Part shown: positions 26,739 through 34,563 of the stretch, one piece after another
Layout: each line of letters starts with the position of its first letter
Numbering within the stretch: position 1 is the stretch's first letter
From: an uncultured bacterium
GTDB taxonomy: Bacteria > T1Sed10-126
Length of the DNA stretch: 38,714 bases
Reading direction: 5' to 3'
Assembly (NCBI GenBank): GCA_964440635.1
Contig: CAYTSZ010000001.1
Span: forward strand, 1-38,714
Notes under the pieces: generated by a model
Database searches by the model: none
What the model was told of the DNA's origin: nothing
What the model saw: only the letters and a program-made list of their open reading frames with translations
Made by a program: the position numbers and the translations under genes

Positions 26739-27511
26739 AGAAAAAAAGCTATCCCTTTTCTGGGTTCAATAATTGTTCCTTTATAAACCTCTCGAATTTC
26801 TTCGGCCAGTTCATGAAAACTCGGTGGTAATTCTGTTGTGTTGTAGTGGAAGGGGACCAGACAACTGACATTTGCCCGTCGGGCGATATTTCCCAGCTCA
26901 AGTGCGCTGGTATGGGAACCTTTGAAATATCGCCGGTAAGCGTCTGTGCTCTGACAATCGTGTATTAAAATATCGGCGTCACAAGCGGCGGTGCTAATGG
27001 GCGCCGAGGGGGCGGTGTCACTGGAATAGACGATGGTCTGCTCACCACCGGATATTTTCAACCCGAACCCCGGGCGACTGTGTCTGGCTGGCAGTGTCTG
27101 GATGCTGATATCATCACTGATGGTAATGGTATCTTTTTTTTCAGTGGTAACCGGTTTGAAATCTATATCCAGATAGCGTTCTTCGGAGTCAAGATCAAAA
27201 GCCGCGAGTGATTTTTTAAGCCGTCCAATAGCTTCTGCCGGGCTGAATCCCTGTATCTGACGAAAATCATTGTAAAACGCGTGGGAAAGAAATACCAGCC
27301 CGTAGGTGTGGTCCGGATGGCTGTGTGTAATTATCAGATCCGTTATTTTTCGGTAATCCAGGTTTGTTTCCCGCATCAGTGCCGGTATGTTTCCGCCGGC
27401 GTCAATCAATATAGATTTTTCACCGTTGCCAAGGTGTAAACAAGCGTTTGAGTCTCCATCGGGAGTAATTGTTGAAGAAGCTCCCAGAACCGTTAATTTC
27501 CAGCAATTCAT
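26735..27511 (-). CDS. MBL-fold metallo-hydrolase (RNase Z/BN-like)
   Basis: It has the ITHSHPDHTYG (HxHxDH) motif, with later HD and PFH motifs. Confidence 0.75.
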   Translation of the reverse strand: MNCWKLTVLGASSTITPDGDSNACLHLGNGEKSILIDAGGNIPALMRETNLDYRKITDLIITHSHPDHTYGLVFLSHAFYNDFRQIQGFSPAEAIGRLKKSLAAFDLDSEERYLDIDFKPVTTEKKDTITISDDISIQTLPARHSRPGFGLKISGGEQTIVYSSDTAPSAPISTAACDADILIHDCQSTDAYRRYFKGSHTSALELGNIARRANVSCLVPFHYNTTELPPSFHELAEEIREVYKGTIIEPRKGIAFFL

Positions 27512-27732
27512 TGTTTTTTTCCCTTATCAAAAAATGTAGGACGTAGTTTTCGCTTAATTACTTCTATCCACTGTAGAATTTAATTTCGCTCTTTCTTTTA
27601 TAAAGGTTACAATTAAATAGAATAATGTGAAATGGATCCATTTATTTATCTTTTAAAAATTGTTGGAACAATTTTCCGGATTTTACAGTTAACATTAATG
27701 AACTCTCAAAAAACGACAATAAGGAGTAAATT

Positions 27733-28368
27733 ATGATTCCAGTAGAAATCCATGGTGTTGCAGTTGATGATTCTCAGAAGAATTTTTTTATTCTCTTGAA
27801 GGAAAAAAACGGGACCAACCGTTGGATACCTGTGCCAACTTCCCCGCGTGAAGCCCGGGAGATTGCTGTGGCTTTGCATGAAAATGCCGGAAGCCCCCGT
27901 CCCCTGACACATGATCTGTTGACTACCTTTATAGACAAACTGGGGGCAAAAGTGGTTGAGGTTTCCCTGTTTGGTTCACCAAAACAAAACATCCTTTCTT
28001 TCGTTCACCTGGAAACCAGGGAAGGGGAGCACAAAAAGATTGAGGCCACTCCGGCTGACGCGCTGGCGATTGCAGTGCGCAGTGGCGCGCTCATATCCGC
28101 GGAGGATCAGACATTGATCGAGATGGACGATAAAATGTTTGAAGAGGATAAGAAAGTTCAGGAAAATTCAGCGGTTGAAAAACTGAAAAAACAATTGGCT
28201 ACCGCGGTGGAGTCAGAAGACTATGAAAAAGCGGTCGAATTGCGCGGTAAGGTCCAGGATCAGATCCGTCTGCAGATAGAAGCTACCGAACTCCCCGACG
28301 ATATCAACGAAGAACTCCGCCGCGCGTATTACGGCGACAAAGAAAAACCCTTAGACGACAGCAACTGA
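27733..28368 (+). CDS. Bifunctional nuclease (DNase/RNase, BFN family) with a C-terminal UVR motif
   Basis: The pattern FFILLKEKNGTNRWIPVPTSPREAREIAVAL....PRPLTHDLL is typical of BFN. EDYEKAVELRGKV resembles a UvrB/C motif. Confidence 0.75.
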   Translation: MIPVEIHGVAVDDSQKNFFILLKEKNGTNRWIPVPTSPREAREIAVALHENAGSPRPLTHDLLTTFIDKLGAKVVEVSLFGSPKQNILSFVHLETREGEHKKIEATPADALAIAVRSGALISAEDQTLIEMDDKMFEEDKKVQENSAVEKLKKQLATAVESEDYEKAVELRGKVQDQIRLQIEATELPDDINEELRRAYYGDKEKPLDDSN

Positions 28369-28467
28369 TCACCGGCGAGGTAAAATCAGCAAATGAAAAA
28401 TGAGAAGAGACGAGGGGACGAGCAAGTGGAAATGAAAAACTATTTCAGTAAAATCAAAAACAATTAG

Positions 28468-28600
28468 CTCGCAGATTGACGCAGATATACGCAGATTTTT
28501 TAATTAATAATTAAAAATAAAACTCAAAAATCGTTTGTTTTTTATTTAATCCCTATGATTTTTCCTTCTTTTCTGTTTTAATCTGCGTCCATCTTCGAGC
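28468..28600. repeat. Iteron-like inverted arrays flanking an AT-rich core (MITE-like)
   Basis: CGCAGAT occurs at 28470, 28480 and 28490, an exact 10-bp phase. The inverted ATCTGCG lies at 28581..28587 with a degenerate second unit (ATCTTCG, 28591..28597). The outer GCTCGCAGAT/ATCTTCGAGC pair at 9 of 10 positions. The roughly 84-bp core between the arrays is very AT-rich. Confidence 0.75.
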
Positions 28601-28663
28601 CAATGCTTTTTTATTTTTGTTTTAGTTTACAGATCAACTCAAAATCAACAGCCAAAATCAAAC

Positions 28664-28746
28664 TGGATTCCGGCTCGCACTGTTCTTACACATCCTTGTG
28701 TTCGCAGCATTAGCACATCCGTGTGCTTCAAGGGCCGGAATGACGG
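28664..28746 (+). repeat. Hairpin-repeat unit (TGGATTCCGGC...GCCGGAATGACGG) carrying a different loop insert of about 58 nt
   Basis: The arms match the family seen at 14571 and 29050. The insert contains two similar mini-hairpins, ACACATCCTTGTGT and GCACATCCGTGTGC. Confidence 0.75.
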
Positions 28747-28786
28747 TCAAAATCAAACCTCAAATCACCACGGCGTAATTACCGTC

Positions 28787-28854
28787 CAATACTCAATCGG
28801 AGCATTACTGAAAAGCCACAGCGTCCCCACTGGCGGTTCCCGATTGAGTGCTGG
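28787..28854 (+). repeat. 68-nt palindromic element (copy 2) nested in a hairpin-repeat unit
   Basis: The sequence is CAATACTCAATCGGAGCATTACTGAAAAGCCACAGCGTCCCCACTGGCGGTTCCCGATTGAGTGCTGG. Its length matches copy 1, and the blocks CTCAATCGG, TGAAAA, CCCACTGG and ATTGAGTGCTGG sit at the same offsets. Confidence 0.8.
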
Positions 28855-28890
28855 ATGACCCGGTATACCCGGTATTCCAAAATTCTTCTA

Positions 28891-29006
28891 CCGTCATTGC
28901 CGGGCTTGACCCGGCAATCCATAACCATCTCGCCGTCATTGCCGGGCTTGACCCGGCAATCCATAACCATCTCGCCGTCATTGCCGGGCTTGACCCGGCA
29001 ATCCAT
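28891..29006 (-). repeat. Perfect 42-bp tandem repeat, 2.8 copies, each unit containing a 9-bp-stem hairpin
   Basis: The unit is CCGTCATTGCCGGGCTTGACCCGGCAATCCATAACCATCTCG at 28891..28932 and 28933..28974, which are identical. A third copy is identical for 32 nt (28975..29006). The hairpin is ATTGCCGGG-CTTGA-CCCGGCAAT. The reverse complement is the same unit family as 14571..14601. Confidence 0.9.
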
Positions 29007-29049
29007 TTTGAATTTGAAGTTGATTACCAGGTGTGATTAAAAATCAAAA

Positions 29050-29078
29050 TGGATTCCGGGGTCAGGCCCCGGAATGAC
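29050..29078 (+). repeat. Minimal hairpin-repeat unit TGGATTCCGGGGTCAGGCCCCGGAATGAC
   Basis: It has a 9-bp stem ATTCCGGGG/CCCCGGAAT with loop TCAGG. It is preceded by the TCAA-rich spacer, whose reverse complement matches the spacer at 14529..14570. Confidence 0.8.
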
Positions 29079-29221
29079 AACCAAAACAGGTTATCTTTGC
29101 CGTTGAAGTTTCCCCATAACGCAATCACCCAATCACTTAATCACGATTTCGCTGCTGGGCCTACTCCTTCAGCACTCAACTCGGTAAGCTGTTTTTCGTA
29201 ATTTTAGTTTTCCTGTTTTCC

Positions 29222-29383
29222 CCTCTGTGCCCTCTGTGTTAAAACAGCCTTTGATTTTGATGTTGAAGTTGGTTCTGATCAGATGTTATCAGATTTTATC
29301 ATTTTAAAATGTTTCGAATTCCTCTGTGTTCCTCCGTGGCCTCTGTGGTAAAACAGGTGTTGGTGTTGACTTTGCAGTTGCCA
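29222..29383 (+). repeat. Two diverged direct repeats of about 53 nt (CCTCTGTG..TAAAACAG..TTGA-rich tail)
   Basis: The first is 29222..29274, CCTCTGTGCCCTCTGTGTTAAAACAGCCTTTGATTTTGATGTTGAAGTTGGTT. The second is 29331..29383, CCTCCGTGGCCTCTGTGGTAAAACAGGTGTTGGTGTTGACTTTGCAGTTGCCA. They are about 70 percent identical by eye. Confidence 0.6.
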
Positions 29384-29471
29384 ATTGTTTACTCATTTAC
29401 ATTAAAAATATCTTGCGGTTTTGACTTTTTTTAGTTAATGTTAAGTAGTTTTGCTTGACAGGAAGGTATTT

Positions 29472-29798
29472 ATGCTTGAACGCACTCTGGAAATAAACCG
29501 GTTATTTGATTTTTACGGCCCTCTGCTAACCGAAAAACAAAGGTTTGTAATCGAGCAATATTTTCAGAAGGATTGGAGTCTGGCTGAGATAGCGACTGAG
29601 CTTGATTGTTCGCGCCAGGCGATACATGACAAGATTGGGCGTTCCTGTGCGAAACTGAGGGAGTATGAACAATTACTTGGTTTGCGCGGTCGTCACGAAA
29701 AGCGCAGACGGATATTAATTGAATTAAGAGATAATTTGCAGGATCCCGTTGATGTTTCGGAAATGCGAAAATTGCTTTCTGTTTTACTGGAGGAATAA
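29472..29798 (+). CDS. ylxM: YlxM-type putative DNA-binding protein (UPF0122) upstream of ffh
   Basis: It carries LFDFYGPLLTEKQRFVIEQYFQKDWSLAEIATELDCSRQAIHDKI. The ATG at 29472 has AGGAAGG upstream; the ORF-track TTG at 29451 is unlikely. Confidence 0.8.
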   Translation: MLERTLEINRLFDFYGPLLTEKQRFVIEQYFQKDWSLAEIATELDCSRQAIHDKIGRSCAKLREYEQLLGLRGRHEKRRRILIELRDNLQDPVDVSEMRKLLSVLLEE

Positions 29799-29801
29799 TT
29801 C

Positions 29802-31160
29802 ATGTTTGATTCTTTGACTGAAAAACTTAATGGTGCGTTTAAAAAACTGCGAGGCCGCGGGAAATTAAACGAGAAAGACGTCAAGCAGGGTTTGAAAGAA
29901 TTTCGCCGTATCCTGCTGGCCGCCGATGTTCACTATTCGGTTGTAAAAAAGTTTATCAAGGATGTGGAAGAAAGAGCCACCGGGGCAGATGTTTTAAAAA
30001 GTCTTACTCCGGCCAAACAGATAATAAAAATAGTTAGAGATGAATTGGAAGAGATACTTGGTGGCAGCGGGATCAGGCTGGATATCGGCGAGGGTAATCC
30101 CACCCCGATTATGCTGGTCGGACTCCAGGGAACCGGAAAAACAACCACCTGCGGCAAGCTGGCCGCCTGGTACCGCAAAGACGGGCATCAACCGCTGCTT
30201 TTTTCTTCTGATGACCGCCGCCCGGCCGCCCAGGAGCAGTTAAAACAGATTGCAGTGGAAAACGAGCTTGATGTTCATCTTCATGACCTTGAAAATGTGG
30301 AGAAGGAATTAAAAAAAGCGGCCGGAAAGGCCCGGGAAAACGGCTACAATCCGCTGATAATTGATACTGCAGGTCGACTTACCGTTGACGCCCCGATGAT
30401 TGAGCAGGTGAAACGCTATACAAAGATTATTCCGGAAACAAAAGTTTTGCTTGTTCTGGACGGTATGATGGGTCAGGAGGCTCTCCGGGTGGCCAGTGAT
30501 TTTGAGGAATCAGTTTCCCTGGATGGTTTAATATTAACGAAAATGGAGGGGGACGCCCGTGGTGGGGCCGCTATTAGTGCCCGGGAGGTAACGGGCGTGC
30601 CCATACTTTTTATTGGAACCGGGGAAAAGATTTCCGACCTGCAGCTTTTTCACCCCGAACGGATGGCCTCCCGAATAATGGGGATGGGGGACGTAATGAC
30701 CCTCATTGAGGATGCCGAAGAGGTAGCCGACCAGGAAGAACAGCAAAAGATGCAGGAACGGATGTTGGAAGGCAAATTGACCATGGAGGATATTGATAAA
30801 CAGTTCCAGCAGTTAAAAAAAATGGGACCGCTTGAGGGTGTTCTGGAAAAACTGCCCGGGGGATTTCAGCTTAAAAATCAGATGCAGAATGCTAATTTCG
30901 ATCCTGGTGAAATTGATAAAATGCAGGCTATAATTCGCTCCATGACACCGGTTGAAAAAGAAAATCCGGATATCATAAACGGTTCGCGCCGGAGGCGCAT
31001 AGCTGAAGGCAGCGGGACATCGGCACAAATGGTAAATCAGCTTTTAAAACAGTTTAAAATGATGAAAAAAATGATGGATCAGTTGAATAAAAACAAGGGA
31101 GGTCTGCAGAAGATGGCTTCCCAGATGGGACTGGGGGGAATGGGTGGACTGGGTATGTGA
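29802..31160 (+). CDS. ffh: Signal recognition particle protein
   Basis: It starts MFDSLTEKL and has the GTPase motifs GLQGTGKTTT, DTAGR and TKMEGD, plus a Met-rich C-terminal M domain. Confidence 0.95.
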   Translation: MFDSLTEKLNGAFKKLRGRGKLNEKDVKQGLKEFRRILLAADVHYSVVKKFIKDVEERATGADVLKSLTPAKQIIKIVRDELEEILGGSGIRLDIGEGNPTPIMLVGLQGTGKTTTCGKLAAWYRKDGHQPLLFSSDDRRPAAQEQLKQIAVENELDVHLHDLENVEKELKKAAGKARENGYNPLIIDTAGRLTVDAPMIEQVKRYTKIIPETKVLLVLDGMMGQEALRVASDFEESVSLDGLILTKMEGDARGGAAISAREVTGVPILFIGTGEKISDLQLFHPERMASRIMGMGDVMTLIEDAEEVADQEEQQKMQERMLEGKLTMEDIDKQFQQLKKMGPLEGVLEKLPGGFQLKNQMQNANFDPGEIDKMQAIIRSMTPVEKENPDIINGSRRRRIAEGSGTSAQMVNQLLKQFKMMKKMMDQLNKNKGGLQKMASQMGLGGMGGLGM

Positions 31161-31236
31161 CCCGGAAGCGGAAAAAGATTTTTCGTTTCCTCAGAAAGAT
31201 AGTTAAAATCAATTTATTTTAAAGGAGTGTTGTTTG

Positions 31237-31491
31237 ATGGCTACAAGAATTAGATTGCAGAGAATGGGACGCAAAAAGAAACCTTATTACCGGGTTGTTG
31301 TTACGAACAGCGAAGCAGGTGCTTCGGCCGGTTATATTGAATCGCTGGGCAGTTACCGTGCTATTGCTTCCGGCGATGAGGAAGAACTGAAACTTAATGA
31401 GGAGCGGGTTGAACACTGGCTCGGGTGTGGCGCTCAGCCGTCCGATACAGTGAAAGATCTTTTTTCGAAAGCCGGATTAAGTAAAGCTTAA
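31237..31491 (+). CDS. rpsP: 30S ribosomal protein S16
   Basis: It starts MATRIRLQRMGRKKKPYYRVVV. The ATG at 31237 has GGAG upstream. Confidence 0.95.
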   Translation: MATRIRLQRMGRKKKPYYRVVVTNSEAGASAGYIESLGSYRAIASGDEEELKLNEERVEHWLGCGAQPSDTVKDLFSKAGLSKA

Positions 31492-31518
31492 TTTTAGATT
31501 AAAACTGGAGTTTTTGTA

Positions 31519-32046
31519 ATGTCTGAAGATCAGATTGTAGTTGCCAGTGTTGTTAAGCCGCACGGAGTTAAAGGTGAACTTGTTCTGGAAATCCACACTG
31601 ATTTTGTGGAAGAGCGTTTTGCTCCCGGGCGTGAACTTAAAGTCAAAAGTGATACGGGAGAGTTGACTACTTTGCGGGTAGAATCTTCCCGTCCGCACAA
31701 AAACCGGCTTTTGCTTAAAGCCGCGGGAGTCAACGACCGTGATGAGGCCGAACAACTGCGTGGTTCTGATCTTGTTATTGACAGTTCTGAAACCATGGAA
31801 TTACCTGAAGGCGAATACTATGCCTTCCAATTGCCCGGACTTGAGGTTCAGAACGAAGAAGGTGAAGCAATAGGTGTATTGAAAGAAGTTCATGATCAAG
31901 GAGCTCGCCCTGTTTTCGAGATAGAAACCACCGGGGGGGATACAGTTGATTTTCCCGGTGCTGTTGAGCTGATTGAAAAAGTAGATCTGGAGCGTGGTTT
32001 TATAAGGTTAAAGTTTCCGGCCGGCTGGAAGTCTTTGATCCGGTAA
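31519..32046 (+). CDS. rimM: Ribosome maturation factor RimM
   Basis: It carries VASVVKPHGVKGELVLEIHTDF and a PRC-barrel-like C-terminus. Its position between rpsP and trmD is conserved. Confidence 0.9.
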   Translation: MSEDQIVVASVVKPHGVKGELVLEIHTDFVEERFAPGRELKVKSDTGELTTLRVESSRPHKNRLLLKAAGVNDRDEAEQLRGSDLVIDSSETMELPEGEYYAFQLPGLEVQNEEGEAIGVLKEVHDQGARPVFEIETTGGDTVDFPGAVELIEKVDLERGFIRLKFPAGWKSLIR

Positions 32047-32105
32047 AACAGTAGATCCCGTTTGGAAGATGGTAAACCCTTTATTTATTGGTATGTGAAA
32101 TAAGA

Positions 32106-32786
32106 ATGGATTTTCATATTTTGACAGTGTTTCCCCAGTTTTACCGGCCGTTTACCAGGCAGGGCCTGGTTGCCCGGGGTATTGAAAAGGGTTTGATTAC
32201 CATCACACCATGGAGTTTGCGCAGGTTTACCAGCGATGATTACGGTCAAATCGATGATATGGCTTACGGCGGGGAGTTTGGAATGGTGATGAAACCCGGA
32301 CCTTATTTCAGAGGAGTTGAGCATATAAAACAGTATTGTGAAAATCCACTGGTTATTATGACCGCTCCGGATGGAAACAAATTTGATAATAAAGCGGCGA
32401 AAAGCTTGTCTAAATGCTCGGAAATAATTATCCTTACAGGACGGTATGAAGGCATTGATGCCCGGGTGCGAGAAAATATTGTTGATGAAGTCTGGTCTAT
32501 AGGGCAATTCATCACCCCTGGCGGCGATCTTCCCGCTCTTACTATGGTTTCTGCTATTGCCCGTCAGGTGCCGGGCGTTGTTGGCAGCAGCCATTCCGTT
32601 CAGGCGGACAGTTTTCAGAATGACCGGCTGGCACCACCTCATTATACCCGTCCCTCAAAATTCAGAGGGTTGGAAGTTCCGGAGGTATTACTTTCCGGAG
32701 ATCATAAAAAGATAAAAGAATGGCGTTTAAACAAAGCGCGAGAGCGAACCGAGAGATATCGTGAGAAATTAACCGAGGATCAATAG
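32106..32786 (+). CDS. trmD: tRNA (guanine37-N1)-methyltransferase
   Basis: It starts MDFHILTVFPQFY and has YGGEFGMVMKP, LTGRYEGIDARV and GDLPAL motifs. The start is taken at the ATG at 32106. Confidence 0.9.
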   Translation: MDFHILTVFPQFYRPFTRQGLVARGIEKGLITITPWSLRRFTSDDYGQIDDMAYGGEFGMVMKPGPYFRGVEHIKQYCENPLVIMTAPDGNKFDNKAAKSLSKCSEIIILTGRYEGIDARVRENIVDEVWSIGQFITPGGDLPALTMVSAIARQVPGVVGSSHSVQADSFQNDRLAPPHYTRPSKFRGLEVPEVLLSGDHKKIKEWRLNKARERTERYREKLTEDQ

Positions 32787-32817
32787 GAAATTCAAAGTAT
32801 TGCAGGAGGTTATAAAG

Positions 32818-33336
32818 ATGAGAGAATCAATTAAAGAAGTTTTGAAAAATGAACTGCCCCGGGGTGATGATTACCCCCAGTTTCAGCCCGGTGATCTTAT
32901 TCGAGTCATAACGCTTGAAGATATCGGTGGGCAGAGACGCGAACGTATTTTTGAAGGCGTTTGTATCAGCCGCCGGGGTGCTGGGATAGATGAAACTTTT
33001 AAGGTCAGGAAAATAAGTTTTGGTGTTGGAGTAGAACGTATTTTCCCTCTTTATTCAGCAATAATTGACGAGATAAAGATTGTTCGGAAAGGACATGTAC
33101 GTCGTTCGAAGTTGAATTACCTGGCCGGTCGTTCAGCCAAGAAATCCCGGATTAAGGAACGCCGTGTAGATCTTGACGAATTGAACGCTTCTCGTGCTCA
33201 AGCTGAAGAATCCGGGCCGGTCGAAGAAGTTGTAGAGGAGTCTCCTGAACCCGAAGAGGAAGCAATAGTAGAGGAAGAAACCGAGGAAACCGGGGCGGAA
33301 GAGACAGAGGAATCAGAAGAGAAAACCAGGGAGTAG
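32818..33336 (+). CDS. rplS: 50S ribosomal protein L19 with an acidic C-terminal extension of about 57 aa
   Basis: The core reads FQPGDLIRVITLEDIGGQRRERIFEGVCISRRGAGIDETFKVRKISFGVGVERIFPLYS. The tail (residues 116 to 172) is very rich in Glu. GGAGG lies 9 nt upstream of the ATG at 32818. Confidence 0.9.
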   Translation: MRESIKEVLKNELPRGDDYPQFQPGDLIRVITLEDIGGQRRERIFEGVCISRRGAGIDETFKVRKISFGVGVERIFPLYSAIIDEIKIVRKGHVRRSKLNYLAGRSAKKSRIKERRVDLDELNASRAQAEESGPVEEVVEESPEPEEEAIVEEETEETGAEETEESEEKTRE

Positions 33337-33345
33337 TTTTTTCTT

Positions 33346-34563
33346 TTGGGGGAACATGAAGATTCCGGTTCTTATCGTACCCCGCTTTATTATCGTGAGA
33401 CGAAAGACCTTGCCGGTGAACTGAATCTTAAACCGGGCGAGTTTTTACAGGCGCGGGTAGTTTCTCTTCTACCCGAACGAAAGGGAAGTTTGCTGCTTAA
33501 TATCCGGGGGACACAGGTTGTTGCCGCCAGTAAACTCAAGGTCACTCCCGGTGATGCTCTGATCGTCCAGGTGAAATCAGTCGCTCATCCTATAGAGTTA
33601 AAGATATATGCTCCCCAGGCTGCTTTAAAGAAGCTGTCGCCTCCACAGTTAAAAAAAATACTGTCCGGAATGGGACTCGAAACTTCAGATCAGTTGCTTG
33701 ATATTGCCCGCCGGCTTCTTGAGGAAAATATTCATCTTGACCCCGATTTAATGGAAAAGTCAAACCAACACTGGTCGGAGCTACTCGATGAACACGGAGA
33801 ACTGAATGTCGGTCGTTTTGAAGCATTACATTTTTTATCCGATAATAATTTTCCTGTCCCTGATGGTTTGCTTCCTATCCTTGGTAATTTATTTTCGCAA
33901 CCGGATGAGGAGCTCACAGGAGCATGGGAAACTGTCGTGGAGATGGGGGAGATAACTCCACTGAATGAAACTCCCGACCTGCAGGAGCTTATTTCTGCGC
34001 TGGGAATTGATCTGGTGAACCAGTTAGGTCGCTGGCCCAACAGGGCTTCAAAAACTCTGCACGCCCGGTTATTGAGGAATTTGGATTCGGAACATAAATC
34101 CAGTAAGAGAGATGAAAACTTGTTGGGCGTGCTTCTGGGACTTGCCCTGGCAAATTTGAAAAAAGACCGCCAGTTTCATCTGACGCTTCCTCTTTATGAG
34201 AGCGGAGAGTGTCGTTTCTTTCGTTTGTTTGTTCAACTGGGGGATATTCCGGAGGGATGGCCCGAAGCCGATTGGTGGGCAGCGGGCTTTTTGAATTTGT
34301 ATTTGCTTGGTAAACTTCGATTCAATGTTCAGCGTCGAAAAAATAAGTTAAGTCTGACTTTCTTTTCCGAAAACAGAAAAGTGCTGGATAAAATAGAAGA
34401 ACAAGAAAATAGATTAAAAGTTATCTTTAATAAAATAGGATACATAGTGAATATTGATTACCGGGAGAAAACTCCCCCGGCCCTGCCGGATCCATTTACT
34501 GTACATGGCGAGCAGGATAAAGAAAAGATAATGACTCCCGGGGAGGTTGACCTCAGGGCATGA
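33346..34563 (+). CDS. Hypothetical protein, YlqG-like (FliK-like N-terminal segment)
   Basis: 405 aa with a TTG start and no catalytic motif that I recognised. Its position, after rplS and immediately before the FlhB-C-terminal-like gene with a 4-nt overlap, mirrors ylqG-ylqH of Bacillus. Confidence 0.45.
   Translation: MGEHEDSGSYRTPLYYRETKDLAGELNLKPGEFLQARVVSLLPERKGSLLLNIRGTQVVAASKLKVTPGDALIVQVKSVAHPIELKIYAPQAALKKLSPPQLKKILSGMGLETSDQLLDIARRLLEENIHLDPDLMEKSNQHWSELLDEHGELNVGRFEALHFLSDNNFPVPDGLLPILGNLFSQPDEELTGAWETVVEMGEITPLNETPDLQELISALGIDLVNQLGRWPNRASKTLHARLLRNLDSEHKSSKRDENLLGVLLGLALANLKKDRQFHLTLPLYESGECRFFRLFVQLGDIPEGWPEADWWAAGFLNLYLLGKLRFNVQRRKNKLSLTFFSENRKVLDKIEEQENRLKVIFNKIGYIVNIDYREKTPPALPDPFTVHGEQDKEKIMTPGEVDLRA

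Noticed and set aside
28393-28467. 24-codon ORF (MKNEKRRGDEQVEMKNYFSKIKNN) just after the bifunctional nuclease gene
   Set aside because: There is no Shine-Dalgarno sequence upstream and no recognisable motif. It is too short to support without ribosome profiling or conservation data.
28468-28600. Replication origin (iterons plus an AT-rich unwinding element)
   Set aside because: There is no cluster of DnaA boxes (TTATCCACA) here, no dnaA, dnaN or rep gene nearby, and the arrays are inverted like TIRs. I kept it only as a low-interest structural observation.
28891-29006. Possible CRISPR array
   Set aside because: The 42-bp units are contiguous and identical, linkers included. There are no unique spacers and no cas genes in the window.
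28779-29040. Three overlapping ORFs (61-75 aa) with internally repeated peptides such as CRVKPGNDGEMVMD and AGLDPAIHNHLAVI
   Set aside because: They are six-frame translations of the 42-bp tandem hairpin repeat. None has an RBS, both strands are open over the same repeats, and the periodicity equals the DNA repeat. ORFs 14438..14650 and 14719..15003 at the first repeat locus are rejected for the same reason.
28369-29450. SRP RNA, RNase P RNA, tmRNA or another known structured RNA next to ffh
   Set aside because: I looked for hallmark strings: the SRP domain IV GGAAGCAGC context, RNase P GAGGAAAGTCC, and the tmRNA GGGGCTGA start or tag ORF. None was found. This eye scan is not decisive, and an Infernal scan would be.
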